In this document: in pieces, positions 12,470 to 26,523 of the stretch
How the letters are laid out: every line of letters begins with the position of its first letter
How positions within the stretch are numbered: position 1 is the first letter of the stretch
NCBI GenBank assembly: GCA_964016885.1
Contig: OZ024743.1
Coordinates: 39,494,001 to 39,558,000, forward strand
Direction: 5' to 3'
DNA length: 64,000 bases
Source of the DNA: Eledone cirrhosa
Lineage: Eukaryota
Program-made: the position numbers and the translations under genes
The notes under the pieces: model-generated
What the model was told of the DNA's origin: nothing
Seen by the model: the letters and a program-made list of their open reading frames with translations, nothing else
The model's database searches: none

Positions 12470-13310
12470 ACATTCGTAAAGATAAACATGGAAGTTTATA
12501 ATGTAATTTGCTCACTGAAAAACATCACCACACCATGAAATCATCGCTACGCCTGGAGATGCATGGATAAAATTATACCCGCCCTCACAAAGAGTACACA
12601 ACCGACTTAAAACCAAGGATCTTCTCACCATAAACCAACCAGATGTGAAAAAAACATTTATATCTCTAGTAGATAAACAGGAAACTATTTAACAGGTATA
12701 AACTTAAAGTCAATTTTAGCTCAATGCCCGAATTTAAATGTATTATTACTAGTAAGCCACTTGTACACAACCAAGCCAGATGCTCATGTACGATCAAAAA
12801 TGCATGCCTTCTTAAGAGGTAATAGGGAAATCCTCATACTGTGACCGCACAAACAATCTCAAACAGTACAACGGTCTTACGGAACGACACTTTACAGAAA
12901 GCTATAATGATGCGGCGTCGTTTCGAAAACGCACACGACCAAGCTCTCCAGCTATATATGGAAGCTGAAAGAAGGCTCTACTGATTACGACATTGGCTGG
13001 AGTATAGCAGAGAAATGTTAACCCTAAGCCAATGTTTCTCAGGAGTGCGGCATTGTAATACCGGGGGATGGATTATATGGGAAAATTCACTGGATCCATA
13101 CTCATGCCGCAACTCAAGGAACGAAATACGTAAGCCATGTCTGCATAGAACCAAATATATATACTCAGTTTTTCTGTCGACCCCACATCCAGACACCCAC
13201 GAGACAGCACGGATAACACGATCTAATATTGCCGGGCAACCATTATAACTCTTTCAGAAATATTCCAGATTTAAAAAAAAAAACTATCAGATTGTTTTGC
13301 TACTCTTGCA
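12470..13310 (+). mobile_element. Highly decayed Penelope-like RT C-terminus/GIY-YIG remnant
   Basis: FISLVDK..LFNRYKLKVNFSSMP and CSCTIK-like segments parallel 46600-47170. Confidence 0.55.
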
Positions 13311-14540
13311 CCGATTAACAAGATAAATGCCTCTGTGTGTGTAGGGTGGGGGTTGTATGTGTGGATGTGTGCGTGCAGATATTTGGACTTGGGCACGTGT
13401 GCTCTAACATAGACACATATGTGTGTGTGTGAGGAGAGTATTGTGTGTATGGATGTGTGAACATGTGCATGTGTATGTATGGGTGTCTATTCATGCATAT
13501 AATATATATGTGCGAGTGCCACCTGTATTTGAAGGTGTGTTTACGTGGTTTTAAATCTATCCCTTGCGATGATTTTTCAGAGTGGAACATACTGGAGTAA
13601 CACCGGCCGTGACTCTCTGAATGCGGCTGACTAATGATTCAAAATCAACTTACTTCGGAAACTGCGTGTACCTAGGAAGGTATACACCAACCAGTTTGTC
13701 ATGCATTTTATACAAAAAAGTATGATTACTTCTATGATTACATATTGAAGGCTCTTTCTTTAGTGAGTATAAGCACATATTCACGCAACAATATATATAT
13801 AGATAGGGTGTCCCCAAAATGTATACACACTTTGATTACAATGCACATGATTTTTAGCGACAACCTGTATATATATGGCGTAACAATAACATCTTTAGAA
13901 TAATACTTTAAATGAAAATGCACATCATATTGAAACTAATATTTATTTATTCTGCAAAACATAATCTCCATGGAATACAATAACATTTTTACAGTGCTTA
14001 CTTTAACCATATAACTCTTTCTGGAATCGTTCCTTCGGCAATTGTCAAAACAGGCGCAATGATTCACCTACCACCTCTTCTAATGAAGCGAAAACATATG
14101 TTTAAAGATTCTGCTTTAATAATTTGAACACTCAACGATCGTACAGTTTTAATTCGGGATTGCAGTATGATTGTTTGATGATTGCCACACTCCTCCTACG
14201 GAAAAAAATCATTTGTAGATTGAGCCGTTCGGTGCATAAACTCACAATAATGTGAGCAAAATCATTATGCATGGGTTTATGACAAAATACAGCATTCATA
14301 CAGAATATCACACGTGTACAAAAAGTTCAAATTACAATTTTATTAACTCATTTACTGCTATGCACGGCACACAGTCTACTAAAGACTCTATTGCCACACA
14401 GTTTAAAAAGACTTTATTGCCACACCAAGTATACATATAATATATGTAATGTAAAATTTTCAGTGTATTACTTTTCATTGGAAAGTTGCGTTAGTCATTT
14501 ATAATTTAATGAGGCAGGGAATGGCAGAAAGAGATAGAGC

Positions 14541-14584
<44 letters not shown>

Positions 14585-14787
14585 GAGAGAGTAAGAGAGG
14601 GTGAGACAGAGCGTGAGAGAGAGTGTGAGAGAGGGGGACTGAGAGAGAAAGAAACAAGTTAAGGCGTTTGGTAGAGCAGATGTAAGATTTATTTTCCCTC
14701 TCAATTCAAATGTTTCCCTCTTATTAAATCAAGATTCTATGACTTTGTTTTCAAATGAAAACAAACGATCTCTCTCTAGTATCCCTT

Positions 14788-14857
<70 letters not shown>

Positions 14858-15844
14858 AATATGTATGTACAAGCGTGTATGTATGTATGTGTGTATGTAT
14901 GGATGGGAGTATGTGTCTCATCCAATTAAAATAATATAACTCCTTTAATTGATCTAGTGAATAAACTAAAATCATTTGCATCAGATTTGTTTTTACACTG
15001 CTATTGAATTTCTTATTGTAATCCAGATCTTATACACATGAATTCCTTGGCATATTTCAATATGTTCTTGCAATGACATACTTCAAATATTTGTAGTAGT
15101 GAGAAAGGCGTATGTCGAATAATCAATCCAGTGCGATATATACAATATTTAATCAACTACGGATCGATAAATGGGAATATCGACACTGGCATTCTTTTAT
15201 ACTGAAAATAAGGATGTGCCAATATGTTCTGCAAGTCAATTAGTAATAGATGATATATATATCAAATCTGTTTATTATCAATTACGATTATGCTATTCAA
15301 TGTATGTCCCTATTATGTATTGTTTATATGAAGCATTGTGAGACATGTGAGATAAGTGATTATGATTGTTTTGAGAAAATCAGTACAATGAAAATTTGAA
15401 ATACAAGTCTATAATCTATATTAGCGGAAATAATGTAAAAGCAAAACAATGCTTTACAATAATATGTTACATATTTCAAGTTTCGATACCTTTGTCAAAA
15501 GTATTTTTGTTTCGTACATAACTCTACACAAGGATTACAGGAATATTTCTGAAGTAGAGTTTACTGAATAACATTTCTTTTTATACTCTATGTTATACTA
15601 TATTGGGTATATTAGACAATATATATATAATTAAAATATTTCAGATATCTAAGTTGTGCAATGTACAGAAATGTTTCCCACAAAACATCCTTGTGTATAT
15701 ATGCGTATCTAAATTGCATAGCCAATTGTGTTCTTTCTAGTTGCAAAACGTCTTGTGTCATAATAATGGAGAGCTTCATTTTCTTCTTCTTAAATATATA
15801 TATATATATATATGCATACACACATATCCCCCCCCCCCCATATA

Positions 15845-16625
15845 TATTCTCATTTCTTATGTTCCTATTTATTTCACAATTATTATTATTTTCAATAGGT
15901 AATAGCATATCGTCACGATATAAACCACCGGTCATCTCCGGTATTTTCCTGTGTAAAGTATTGTTAATATAAAGCCCCACAAGATCCGTTAATTGCGCCG
16001 AGTCAGATGATCCCATAGTGATATCGAAATTGTTATCTCTGACTGCTCTAGGTGGTTGTTAAATTTAATTAATGTTTAAAGTGCAGTTAAGATAATGTGC
16101 ATTTCATTGCTAGTTAAATCTGTATATTTAAATGCATATGCAAGGGCTTTATTAAGTAGATTAGGAGTGATAGATGAGTAATAATTAGTAATATCCAATT
16201 GAATAAATTTATTGTTATGCTTATATTTAATTTCCTTAAACCAGTCGATAACATCATTAGTCCCATTCCATAATGTTAAGTAAGATATTTCCTTAAGTTG
16301 TGGTATGATTCTATCTAAAATATTCTTGCTAAGTATGCCAAGGTCCGATTTAGATGGTGCAATCAATCTAACTGGTAATTCAATTTCAAAATTTCGTTTA
16401 TGGTCCTTCATATTAATATTTGGTTTCCTAGGTATTTTCGATGCCTAATTCCTGCATTATATACAAAGCTTCAGTATTTAGTTTTTCAAGATCATCATTG
16501 GTTGCTCTTTTGTAATTCTTCCTTAATTCCTTCAATATAAGATCATTGTAATTATACTTTTCCATTCCGTAAATAGTGTTGGTTTTATCTGATTTAACTA
16601 GAATTTGTTTCCGTTTTTTCAAAGC
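15845..16625 (-). mobile_element. Penelope-like reverse transcriptase fragment
   Basis: Contains KSDKTNTIY, KDHKRNF..VRLIAPSKSDLG, QLDITNYYSSIT, MGSSDSAQLTDLVGLYI and GLYRDDML, all typical of Penelope-like (PLE) RT. Confidence 0.88.
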
Positions 16626-16647
16626 TCTCTATATTATTTTTGAGACT

Positions 16648-16713
<66 letters not shown>

Positions 16714-16799
16714 GTATGTATATATATACATACATACATATACATACAAATATCCATGCACTAACACACACTCATCCACACATACACACAGACATACAT

Positions 16800-18450
16800 G
16801 GAAAGTTATCATTCTCATTATGTGAGCAGTACCAGTTAAAACAATTTCTTCTATCTCTTGAAGATATGGTAATCAGGAATCATTCCCAAATACTGTTGTG
16901 TCCTTTTTGATTATTCCCAGAGTTTGAATTATTGGTATTGTAACGGTTTTGAGGTGCCACATTTTCTTCAATTTCAATAAACAAATATTTATAATTTCTG
17001 AGTTTGTAAAATTCTTTTGCTACGATATTGTGATCACATGGTATGCTCATATCAATCAATATACAGATTTTGTTTGATTCGTCTTTTACAATATGTGGTT
17101 TATTAACTTTGATTGTCCTGTCAGTATATACAGGAACATCCCAAAGAATCATTACTTGTTCTCCCTCAGGCTGATACTTGTACCACTTGATAGCAGTTTT
17201 GTTTGACGATATATTAACCTAAGTAGATACTTACCAACTATGTCATGCCTAGATTTGTACTCTACAGGTGCTAAAATATTACAGTAAGTGGTCCACTGTT
17301 CCAATCTCATCATTGCAGAATCGGCACTTTGGTTTTTACTCCATTTCTCATCTCATCACATTGGCTTGGTAGTTCCTTGTCAATAAGCTTTGTTATTGCG
17401 AACTAAGATGAAACCAACCTTCGCTGTCTTCTTTTAGACTTGAGCTACGTAGCCATTGCGAGATATCCTTCTAGTCAACATAAGCGTGTTAGCCACGGGA
17501 CAAATATTTGCCATACAAAGGATTCTGCTTCCACTTCATATTTTAGCAGCATCAGTTGCAACTGTTCCCTTAGCTTGTCCAGCATGGACATCAATCATGA
17601 GATCGGTAGCATATTTGTAACTCTCCTTTATGATATAATTAAACTTCTTACTTCTCTCATGATTTTCAACGAGATTCAGCATCCAGTTGTTTGTTGTTTC
17701 AAGGTATTTGGTCTGTCAAATTGTGGTGGACTTGTAAGTAAGTTCAAATTAGATAATGCCACGACCTCCTTGAGTTCTAAGAAGGTAAACAGAATCCACA
17801 CCTGCCTTCGGATTTTGCAACATATTACAAGTTAGTAACTTTCGAATTTTTGAGTCGATTCTTTTAATGTCACTTATATTCAGTTCAAAATATCGAATCT
17901 ATAAGTGACAACTGGAACTGCCAAGTAATTTATGGCTAACACTTGTTTATGTGCATTTAGTTCTGATCTCAGAACTGTGCCCACTTTCCTGTAACATTCC
18001 TTCCTTATCTTCTCTTTCATACCTGCATACTGAATGCCAGAGCCTCCATTAATCCCTAAATAGGTTTGTTCCTACTGAAGCTCCTTTATGACTGTTTCAA
18101 CATTTAATTCAACTGAGTTTGAGTTGATAAGCTTCTATTTCTTCAAATGATTTCATCATTAAATATCTTCACAGTCCGTAAAAGGCCTACAAGTCCCCCA
18201 TTGTCTTTGACATACAGCTCTAAATCATTCATATGCGACGTTAAGTTTGGTTGTAAGGGTATTAAATCTATGCAAAAACTTGTGAGTGAAAGTGAGTCAT
18301 CTTCGAAAAGTCCCCCCTTGTTGTTTATATTCTTAGAACTTAGTACCCAATTGCAATGTTATAATTATTGATTCGTGTTCCACAACGACATACCATGTTT
18401 CAGGAAGTTAGAAATTACAGGCAAGATTTGGAAGATGATTTATGTGATTT
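16800..18450 (-). mobile_element. Decayed R4/Dong-like element of a third subfamily, related to B
   Basis: Contains ILWDVPVYTDRTIKVNKP..LIDMSIP..KLRNYK (RLE), CRFC..E.GTVDH, and KEKIRKECYRKV..VLRSELNA. Confidence 0.8.
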
Positions 18451-18454
18451 CACA

Positions 18455-18975
18455 ACGCATCAGTGCGGTATGCTGTTAAAACCTATCAGCGGATTCTATC
18501 GTGATGCCCCCACCGCCTTCCTTTAGCCGGCCTAGAAGGGCAGGCAGAGTGTGTGTGCCTTGTGGCCATGGCAAAAAAGGTCGTGTGGTGAACACGCTTG
18601 AGACTGGAGACAAGCACTTTCCTCTTCGAATGCCAGATAAATTCTTCAAATTTAATTGGAAAGGGAAAATCAGAATGGAGAGGGAAGTGCTCTCTTCCCA
18701 GCTGTTTGTTGAAAGATGGGTGAGAAAGGTGAGCCTGGCCCAAGTTAATGGGCCTGCTCTGAGTGTGTGCCTGTAAATTAGAGATGAAAAACTGTGAGAG
18801 GGTACTTGCACTGGTGTTCAAAGGTGACCATGATTTTCTCCTCGATAAACCCTCGAATGGGGAATATTTTGTTTTCATTTTCTTTTTATATATTTTGTTA
18901 TTGTTGTTGTTATTGTCTATTTTCTCATTATACACACAATTCCCATATTTGTACCGTCCTGTACCGTCCTTAATA
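18455..18975 (+). mobile_element. 3' end of an L1/Tx1-like LINE
   Basis: Reads FFKFNWKGKIRMEREVLSSQLFVERW...*, followed by a 3'UTR similar to 6544-6729. Confidence 0.7.
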
Positions 18976-18979
18976 TTTC

Positions 18980-19742
18980 CCAATGTAAACCTTCAAGCTG
19001 CCCATCATTGTTTCCAAATAGCTTGATATCATCCATATAATGAAATTGACTGTAGTGTCTGTTGTCTATTTTATATCCATAGCAGGTCGTCCGCAGAAAC
19101 TGACTTAACAGAGCAAGTGACATAGACGGGAGGAAAGGGGGCAATGTGTCATTGATAGTAAGCACTCCTCGTCCCAGCTTATATCCTGCTTTCACATTTT
19201 GTAATATGAGTGTCAAAGTTATGAAAGTAAGGTCAAACAACAAAGGGACAAACTATCTCCTTGGAAGATACCATGCTTGTTCTTCACTCCTCCCACGGAA
19301 TCTCCACTTGATGTCATCTGTCTCCCAGGACTTCATACCTTTACATAATAGCTGTCTAGTGTTGTCTGCCATGTTGAAAATCTATAGACCTTTGGTTATC
19401 CAAGAATGAGGAACCATGTCGAATGCCTTCTTGTAGTCTATCCATCCCATGGCATGAATAGTATGCCTTCTCTTGCAATTCTTTATTACCATCTTGTTAA
19501 TAAGTAATTGTTCATTTGATCCACTGCACTTCTTTCAGTATCCTTTCTGTTCCTCCGGCAATAAGTTGTTTATGCAGATGTGATAGTAGATTTCCTCAGA
19601 TACGATGCTTGTTCACAGTTTCCCCATTATGGACATACATGTAATAGGCCTATAGTTGGTAACCTTATTATCCTTGATTATGTCTTTCATTACTAGAACT
19701 GTGGTGCCTTTTCTCAACCAGTCTGGTACTTCACCCGACACG
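18980..19742 (-). mobile_element. R4/Dong RT fragments (family A-like at 19150-19742, plus a YMDDIKLF piece)
   Basis: Contains [37 protein letters not shown] and HYMDDIKLFGNNDGQLEGL. Confidence 0.82.
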
Positions 19743-19744
19743 AA

Positions 19745-19905
19745 ACGTGGCATAGAGTAATGTCCCATCATGTTCTGAGTTTAAATTCCATTGATGTTAG
19801 CTTTGCCTTTCATCCTTACGTGGTTGCTAAATTAAAGTAGCAGTCACGCACTGGGGTCGATTTAATCTAATTTCCCGTCCTCAAATGTTGTGGTCTTTTG
19901 TCTAA
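19745..19905 (+). mobile_element. tRNA-derived SINE, diverged
   Basis: CTGAGTTTAAATTCC..CTTTGCCTTTCATCCTTACGTGG. Confidence 0.8.
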
Positions 19906-20677
19906 ATCGGGATACCATTAATATCTATTTTCCAAGGAGGGTCGTGGGGCCTGCGTTTACAAGCACGCCTACCAGTGGGATCTGGCAGATGTAAGTGTCT
20001 TGAATCGAACCGGCTGAATCTCCCAGCGAGACCAGCCAATTTCACACACCATTTAAACGATTTGATTTGTTCTATTCGAACAAATATGCACTTTTGTATA
20101 AAATAATTTGTAATGAATAAGGTGTGAAACAAGTCATGAAATTAAATAAATTATTTTCTGGCATAAATCAGTTGAGAATCCGCAATTAAAGGTAATCATT
20201 AAAGACACACATTCATACATGGTCGCACACACCCATACACACATCCACGGAGACAGACATACACATATGTATATTCGTACACACACAACAACAAATACCA
20301 CATCACATCGAGAACATTTTTAGTTAACAACATAACGTCCATTTTGGTGTGCTAGAAATTACACAAAACTGTCATGACAAGCATTTTCATATAGAAAGAA
20401 AATCGCACAACGACATACTCAGCTTGCTAGAAATAACAGCTAGAAAGTGTGATTTCTACTGTTTATTTTTTATGTTTGAGTTCCTGTCTGTGTTTAGGTA
20501 CGGCAAAATAAAGTTTCGTCACAATATGCATCAACATAACCATACATATGTCGATATTATGAAGCAATATCAATATGGTACATTGTATGCCTCTTCTCCA
20601 GTGACTGAAGCTTTAAAAAAATGTTAACGTATGATATTCAGATGCATGTTCGATTCATACAATCATGGTATATACAT

Positions 20678-20695
20678 AGAGAGAGAAAGAAAGGA

Positions 20696-20731
<36 letters not shown>

Positions 20732-20732
20732 T

Positions 20733-20808
<76 letters not shown>
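20678..20808 (+). repeat. (GA)n microsatellite
   Basis: Read directly. Similar GA/CT tracts lie at 14545-14650, 14793-14855 and 53570-53700. Confidence 0.95.
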
Positions 20809-20810
<2 letters not shown>

Positions 20811-21860
20811 TCGTTTTACATTAGAAGCATTATACAAACGGATGAAGGTGGTTGAGCATTTATTTTTTTTTATTTTTAGCTTTAAATGGAATGGATTATG
20901 TAATGTAAACTCTTTCAACTGCTCCGTGAATTTAGATATTCTGTGTGCGGTGTAAATGTGAAGAATGGATACATCCATGGACAGTTACTTTCCAAGTCAA
21001 GACGTCTAATTCAAAACTGCATTTATATCTAACTTATGTTTACACTCAACCTTCAATTATATGATGTGGTTGAGCATAAACGTTATATATATAGTAATAT
21101 TTTACTGAATACCCTACTATTCCTTAGTAAAGATTTAGAATTATATATGAATGAAAGGCAATGCGATGCAATTGAGGATGGTTACTCTTCCATCTGGCTG
21201 CTATGCTATACAGATAAAGATATGGAAATACATTCAGATCGATTTTAAGTCAATATAAATTTCATTGATGAATATGATACATCACGTTTAGCCATTTAAC
21301 AAATTAAGAAGAAACAAAATAAATGATCATATATGTTGTTATAGTAAAATTGATTTCACAGAATCTTCTTGACACCATAAAACCCATTTAATTTCAAGAT
21401 GGTTTAAAAATCCACCACAGAAAATAAGACTTCATGCTGATATGGCATTACATATTTGGTAAGGTTGTTTACTTTACATAGATTGTGCTCATATTAACCC
21501 AAATAATGAATGCCAGTACGTATGGGAGACGCAAGTAACCGCACTGTTGTTTAATAATACATATAATTATACGTAAGTATAATTCCTATTCGTAACTCAG
21601 TTTATCACTATTAAGAAATATAATTATATACCTACATCCTATGCAGCTCCACGACACATACAAACACACACACACTGAGATGCACACACGCACACACACA
21701 CATATAAATATACAGTGTGTGTGTAGGAACATATATGTATATAAATATGTGCATGTATGTAAATATATATGTATATGTATAAGGTACTTAAGATGAATTG
21801 ATAATACAACTGTGTAAGGGAGACAGGTATTCAAATGTCAAATGTAATTTCATTATTTAC

Positions 21861-22625
21861 AGTATTGGTAGAGGTTGGACGCCATGCTTTCTAACATAGT
21901 TACGTCCCTTTACAGTCTGAGTTCAAATCCCGCCGAGGTTAACTTTGCCTTTCATCCTTACGGGGTCGATAAAATAAAAGTATCAGTAATGTACTGGGTA
22001 ATTGCTAGCCTTGTGCCTAAAGTAGAAACAATTATTTACAGATGGTGGATTGGCAGTATTGGTGGAGGGGCGGACGCCATGCTTTGACGTATAGAGTTAC
22101 GGTCCTTGCCATTCTGAGTTTAAATCCCGCCAAGGTTAACTTTGCCTTTCATCCTTATGTGGTCGATAAAATAAAGTACCAGTAATGCACTGCTGGCCTT
22201 GTGCCTAACGTAGAAACAATTATTTACAGTAGGTTGGCAGTATCAGTAGAGGGTCGGAAGCCATGCTTTCCAGCATAGTTACGTGCCTTTACGATCTGAG
22301 TTCAAATCCCGCCGAGGTTGACTTTGCCTTTCATCCTTACGGGGTCGATAAAATAAAGTACCAGTAATGCACTGGTTAATTGCTGGCCTTGTGCCTAAAA
22401 TAGAAACAATTATTTATAGTAGGTGTTACAGTAAAGGGTGGTTGATTCGATGTGTCAGTAGAGGGACGACGCCATGCTTTGCAGCATAGATTTATGAACC
22501 TTTACGGTCTGAATTCAAATCCTGCCGTGGATAACTTTGCCTTTTATCTTTACGGGGTCGATTAAATAACCAGTAACGCACTGTGATAAATGCTGGCCTT
22601 GTGCCAAATGTAGAAACAATTATTG
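21861..22625 (+). mobile_element. Head-to-tail array of four tRNA-derived SINEs (~190 bp each)
   Basis: Four repeats of ...GAGTTCAAATCCCGCCGAGGTT.ACTTTGCCTTTCATCCTTACGGGGTCGATAAAATAAAGTACC...GCCTTGTGCC.AA.GTAGAAACAATTATT. Confidence 0.92.
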
Positions 22626-22829
22626 ACAGTAAGATTGGCAAAAGACAGTTCGAAGTATAGTCCAATTTGAAAATTCCTGGCATCGTAATTTACCAACATC
22701 ACAGAGCAAATACAAATTAATAACCGATTTAAATACATTATTTAATTGATTTACGTTTCCTTCAAATACCGAAGGAAATAGCATTCCATACCCTTGTATA
22801 GAATCAATAAATGATATACAAACAAGATT

Positions 22830-25120
22830 TTTTTTTTTTTCACCAACCTCATGTTGAATGAGTCCAAGCACGAACAATTTGAAAAAACAGAAACAAGCTG
22901 CATATATAGTCGAGAAAACTTTAAATCAAACAGCCTACAGGTACATGCTCGGATCAGGCTTGTTCACACGCGCCATTTTTGTCATATTCATCAACCTTTT
23001 AGCAAATTTACTGTTGTGGATGGCACCACTTCTCGCTCCACTCTCACTTTCCGTTCCAAGTGAAACTTGAAAAAATCGATGAGGGATAGGCCGAAAACGA
23101 AATTGTCTTCATTCCTTTTACATTTTAAACTGGTCCACAACACTACCGTCACCAGAGCGAGGGATATTGCCTGTTATTCAGACAAAAAGAAGGCGGCGGG
23201 TCGATCTGGAGGCGGTCGGTGGCAGGATTCGTTCTACACGCGACAACAGCTGTTCGATATAATTCCACAAGTCATCAATGCTCGAACAGTAGATGAGTGC
23301 GTGGAGAACTGTTTCGTCGAGGACCATTTGACCTCTCTTCTGTGTCTGCAGAGTTTATGTCGAACCGGTAGCGAGCCTCTACGAGTGCATCGTCGCACTT
23401 GCTCTCCACTAAACTTCTATAGAACCCGGGAGTGGAAGTTCCATTGAACACATTGCCTGCCTAGTAAAGGGCAGCGAGCGCCTAGAAACATTCTAGATGC
23501 CACGCGCTGAGTCTCGGTCTCGTCTTGACCCAGAACTGCAGTTCAGTCAAAGAGATGAGCTGTAGAATGGCATGTCTCACAAACAGCAACCGCACCTGTT
23601 AATCGTTCAGGCAGAATATATGTAGATGCTCGCCGTGTAGAGGGAGCAGCTAGTGAATGGACCGACTCACCAACATAATTCTCTCAGAAAAAGTTGAAGG
23701 GAAGCTTGTCCTATTAGTCGAGGTGCTAACAGGGGCAAGGCTGACGGTCAGGCCTCTGTAGATAATGGACGCGATGTACGCTTTTGCCACCTCCACCCGA
23801 CCTTTCAGGGACAACTTCCTTTCGGCCCACTTCTGGGTAAGAATGGCTACCATGTTCGTAACATCGACCCAATTCTTATCTCCATGGCGTTCTGGTCCGA
23901 ACGAAACCTTGAACAACTTTACCGATCCGTCCGTCCACCGGCAGAAGACGCTGTTTGATGGCATGAACCTGCCACTCCATGCGCCGAGTTGTAAGCGCAC
24001 TGACATTTCCGGGTTCAGTTTTGATCTCATCAAACTTTCATATTCCTCCAAGAAGATGCTGATGTTTTCGATTGCCCAGGTGTTCGACACTATCACAATG
24101 ATATCGTCCGAATATGCTGACACACCCTTTCCACGTCCCGGTTCAAGTGGGATGCCCTGTGACAGCTCCAGCATCCACAGTAAAGGCTCGAGTGTCAAAT
24201 CGTATATAAAGCTGTAGTGAATCTCCAAAACAGTCCCGGACCACCTCTTTCTCTTCGTAAATTTGATGTCAAGAAGGGGGTCAGGGCCTTCTGCCATCAC
24301 GCTCCAAGTTGGCACTATACATCCAGTCCCTGCGGAATCCTGGGAGATGGACACTTACTGTCCTCCACTTCATGTAGGAAGGGTGTATGATTATTTAGTC
24401 CGTTTTGCAGGGGACCGGATAATTCTTGGTTGCAAAGCCCAAAGCGTTTCGCTCTTGTTATATGCTCTATGTCGTTGTTGATGCATTTCAGTGCATCCTG
24501 TACCTTCCTTCAGAGGCTGTGTCAGCTTTTCGAGGTTTCACTGAAATGCTTCAATATTTCCTTTGAGGGGACGTTTAAGTTGGCCGAGGTCCTTTCTCTA
24601 GTTATAATTTTTCTCCGACTGTAGCTACAAACATACTCCTGATTATGTTGTTGTTGCTCCTACTGTTGTTGTCATTTTGTTTGGTGCTGATGTTTGGCTG
24701 CTTTTCATCGTTATTGATAGTGTTGTCGTTGTTCATGTTGTTATTAGAGTTGGTATTATCGTTGTTCTTGTTGATATTGATGCTGCTGATTGCAATACTT
24801 CGTAATGTGGTGTTGGTGTTCAAAATTGTTGTGTGAGGGGTGGCCTATTCCTCTCAACGTTTGCGTTGCTGTCATGTGACAGCTATTTGAACGTTCTGGG
24901 TAGTGCTCTGACCATGTATCTTTTTTTAGAAATGTATTTTACAAGAAAATAAGGTCAAAATATTTGGGCGAAAGTCCCAAATATTATAGGGTCGCCTTAA
25001 CACACTCATTTGATGTGACGCCTTATAAAATGTTTGTAATAATAATATAAGGATAATAGAATGCAAACATCTGAAAATTAAGAACTCACGGAGCTCACAG
25101 AAACACATCTTCCCAGGCTC
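22830..25120 (-). mobile_element. Internally deleted L1/Tx1-like LINE (5' leader, ORF1 piece, RT, C-terminus)
   Basis: Contains LEPLL..GVSAYSDDIIVIVS, KLNPEMS and W.ERKLSLKGRVEVAKAYIAS (L1-type RT and thumb), a C-terminal FFKFHLERKVRVERE, an Asn-rich ORF1 start, and 5' GGGAAGATGTGTTTCTGTGAGCTCC. Confidence 0.82.
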
Positions 25121-25134
25121 ACAACCAATAATAA

Positions 25135-25965
25135 GGATCATGGTTTCTGATTTAGGCAAAATACCAACGATTGTAGGGGAAGGGAAAGTTCCTTACTGGT
25201 ACTTTATTTGTCGACATCATTAGGATGAGAGAAAAGGTAAAGTCTGCAGAAATTGAACACAGAATGTTAAGGGATATACACTATTTGCTGCAAAGAAGGC
25301 TGCCCGACTCTCTACCTATACTGCCAGTCTACTGCCATAATATTTGTTTCTACTTTAGGCACATGACCAGCAATTACCCAGTACATTACTGGTACTTTAT
25401 TTTATCGAGCAGGTAAGGATGAAAGGCAAAGTCAACCTCGGCGGGATTTGAACTCAGATCGTAAAGGGACGTAACTATGCTGGAAAGCATGGCGTCCGAC
25501 CCTCTACCGATACTGCTAATCCACCGCCCTTACTGCCATAATAATATTAATAACTGTTTTTACTATAGGCAGAAGACCAGCTATGTGGCGGCGGGGAGGG
25601 TAAGTCAATTACATCGACCCCACTACTTACCGGTACTTTATTTTATAGACCACGTAAGATGAAAGACAAAGTTAATCTCTGCAGGTTTTGAACACAGATA
25701 TTAAGGGCTATAAACTGTATGCTGCAAAACAGGTTGTCCATCTCTCTACCTATGCTGCCAATCTACTGCCATATCATAATTGTTTCTACTGTTTGGCACA
25801 ATGCCAGCAATTATCCCAGTGTATTACTGGTACTTATTTTATCGGCCCCGTATGGATGAAAGGCAAAGTTAACCTCGGCGTGATTTGAGCTCATATAATA
25901 AAGATCCGTACTCTATGCTGCAAAGCGTGGCGTTCGACCCTCTACCGATACTGCCAATTCACTGA
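25135..25965 (-). mobile_element. Tandem cluster of about four to five SINE copies
   Basis: Repeated AAGGATGAAAGGCAAAGT.AACCTCGGCG.GATTTGA.CTCA and CCCTCTACCGATACTGC. Confidence 0.88.
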
Positions 25966-26469
25966 CATAATAATAATTATGTAAATGTTACAAAAAATCG
26001 AAATTAACATTTTTTTAATTCTAAACGTGAAAAAGTAAAAGAAAAAAAATACTTATCCTTCATTATTCATATGTATAACAGACGTGTTTATATGTAACAA
26101 TCTGAACGTTGAATCAATGATTACATTTTCTAATATTACACGTGAGAAAAGACATGAATGATTAAGTAAGAGGTGCCTGTACAATACCATATCAATTGAG
26201 AGAAACAATGACATAGGATAAACAACATTTCTTAACAGTATATTACTTAACAGTATATTACTAAAGAGTAATATACTGTTAAGAAATACGTTTTAAATCG
26301 CTTCGATCATCATTTCCATCTGCTCGTCAGGTTTATATACATGAATTCTGTTCACTATATATTATCAGAATTATATCATTTGTGAGATTTGTCTCATCAC
26401 TGTTAACTGTGGATCCACATTGTACTCTAATTTTTATTGGTAGAACTCTCCATATACGTAAATGTTTAA

Positions 26470-26523
<54 letters not shown>

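Noticed and set aside
13610-13675. CTGACTAATGA...GGAAACTGCGTGTA as a hammerhead
   Set aside because: The core and helices cannot be assembled convincingly.
22295-22315. GTTCAAATCCC T-loop as a tRNA gene
   Set aside because: It is the B box of a SINE head; no cloverleaf can be formed.
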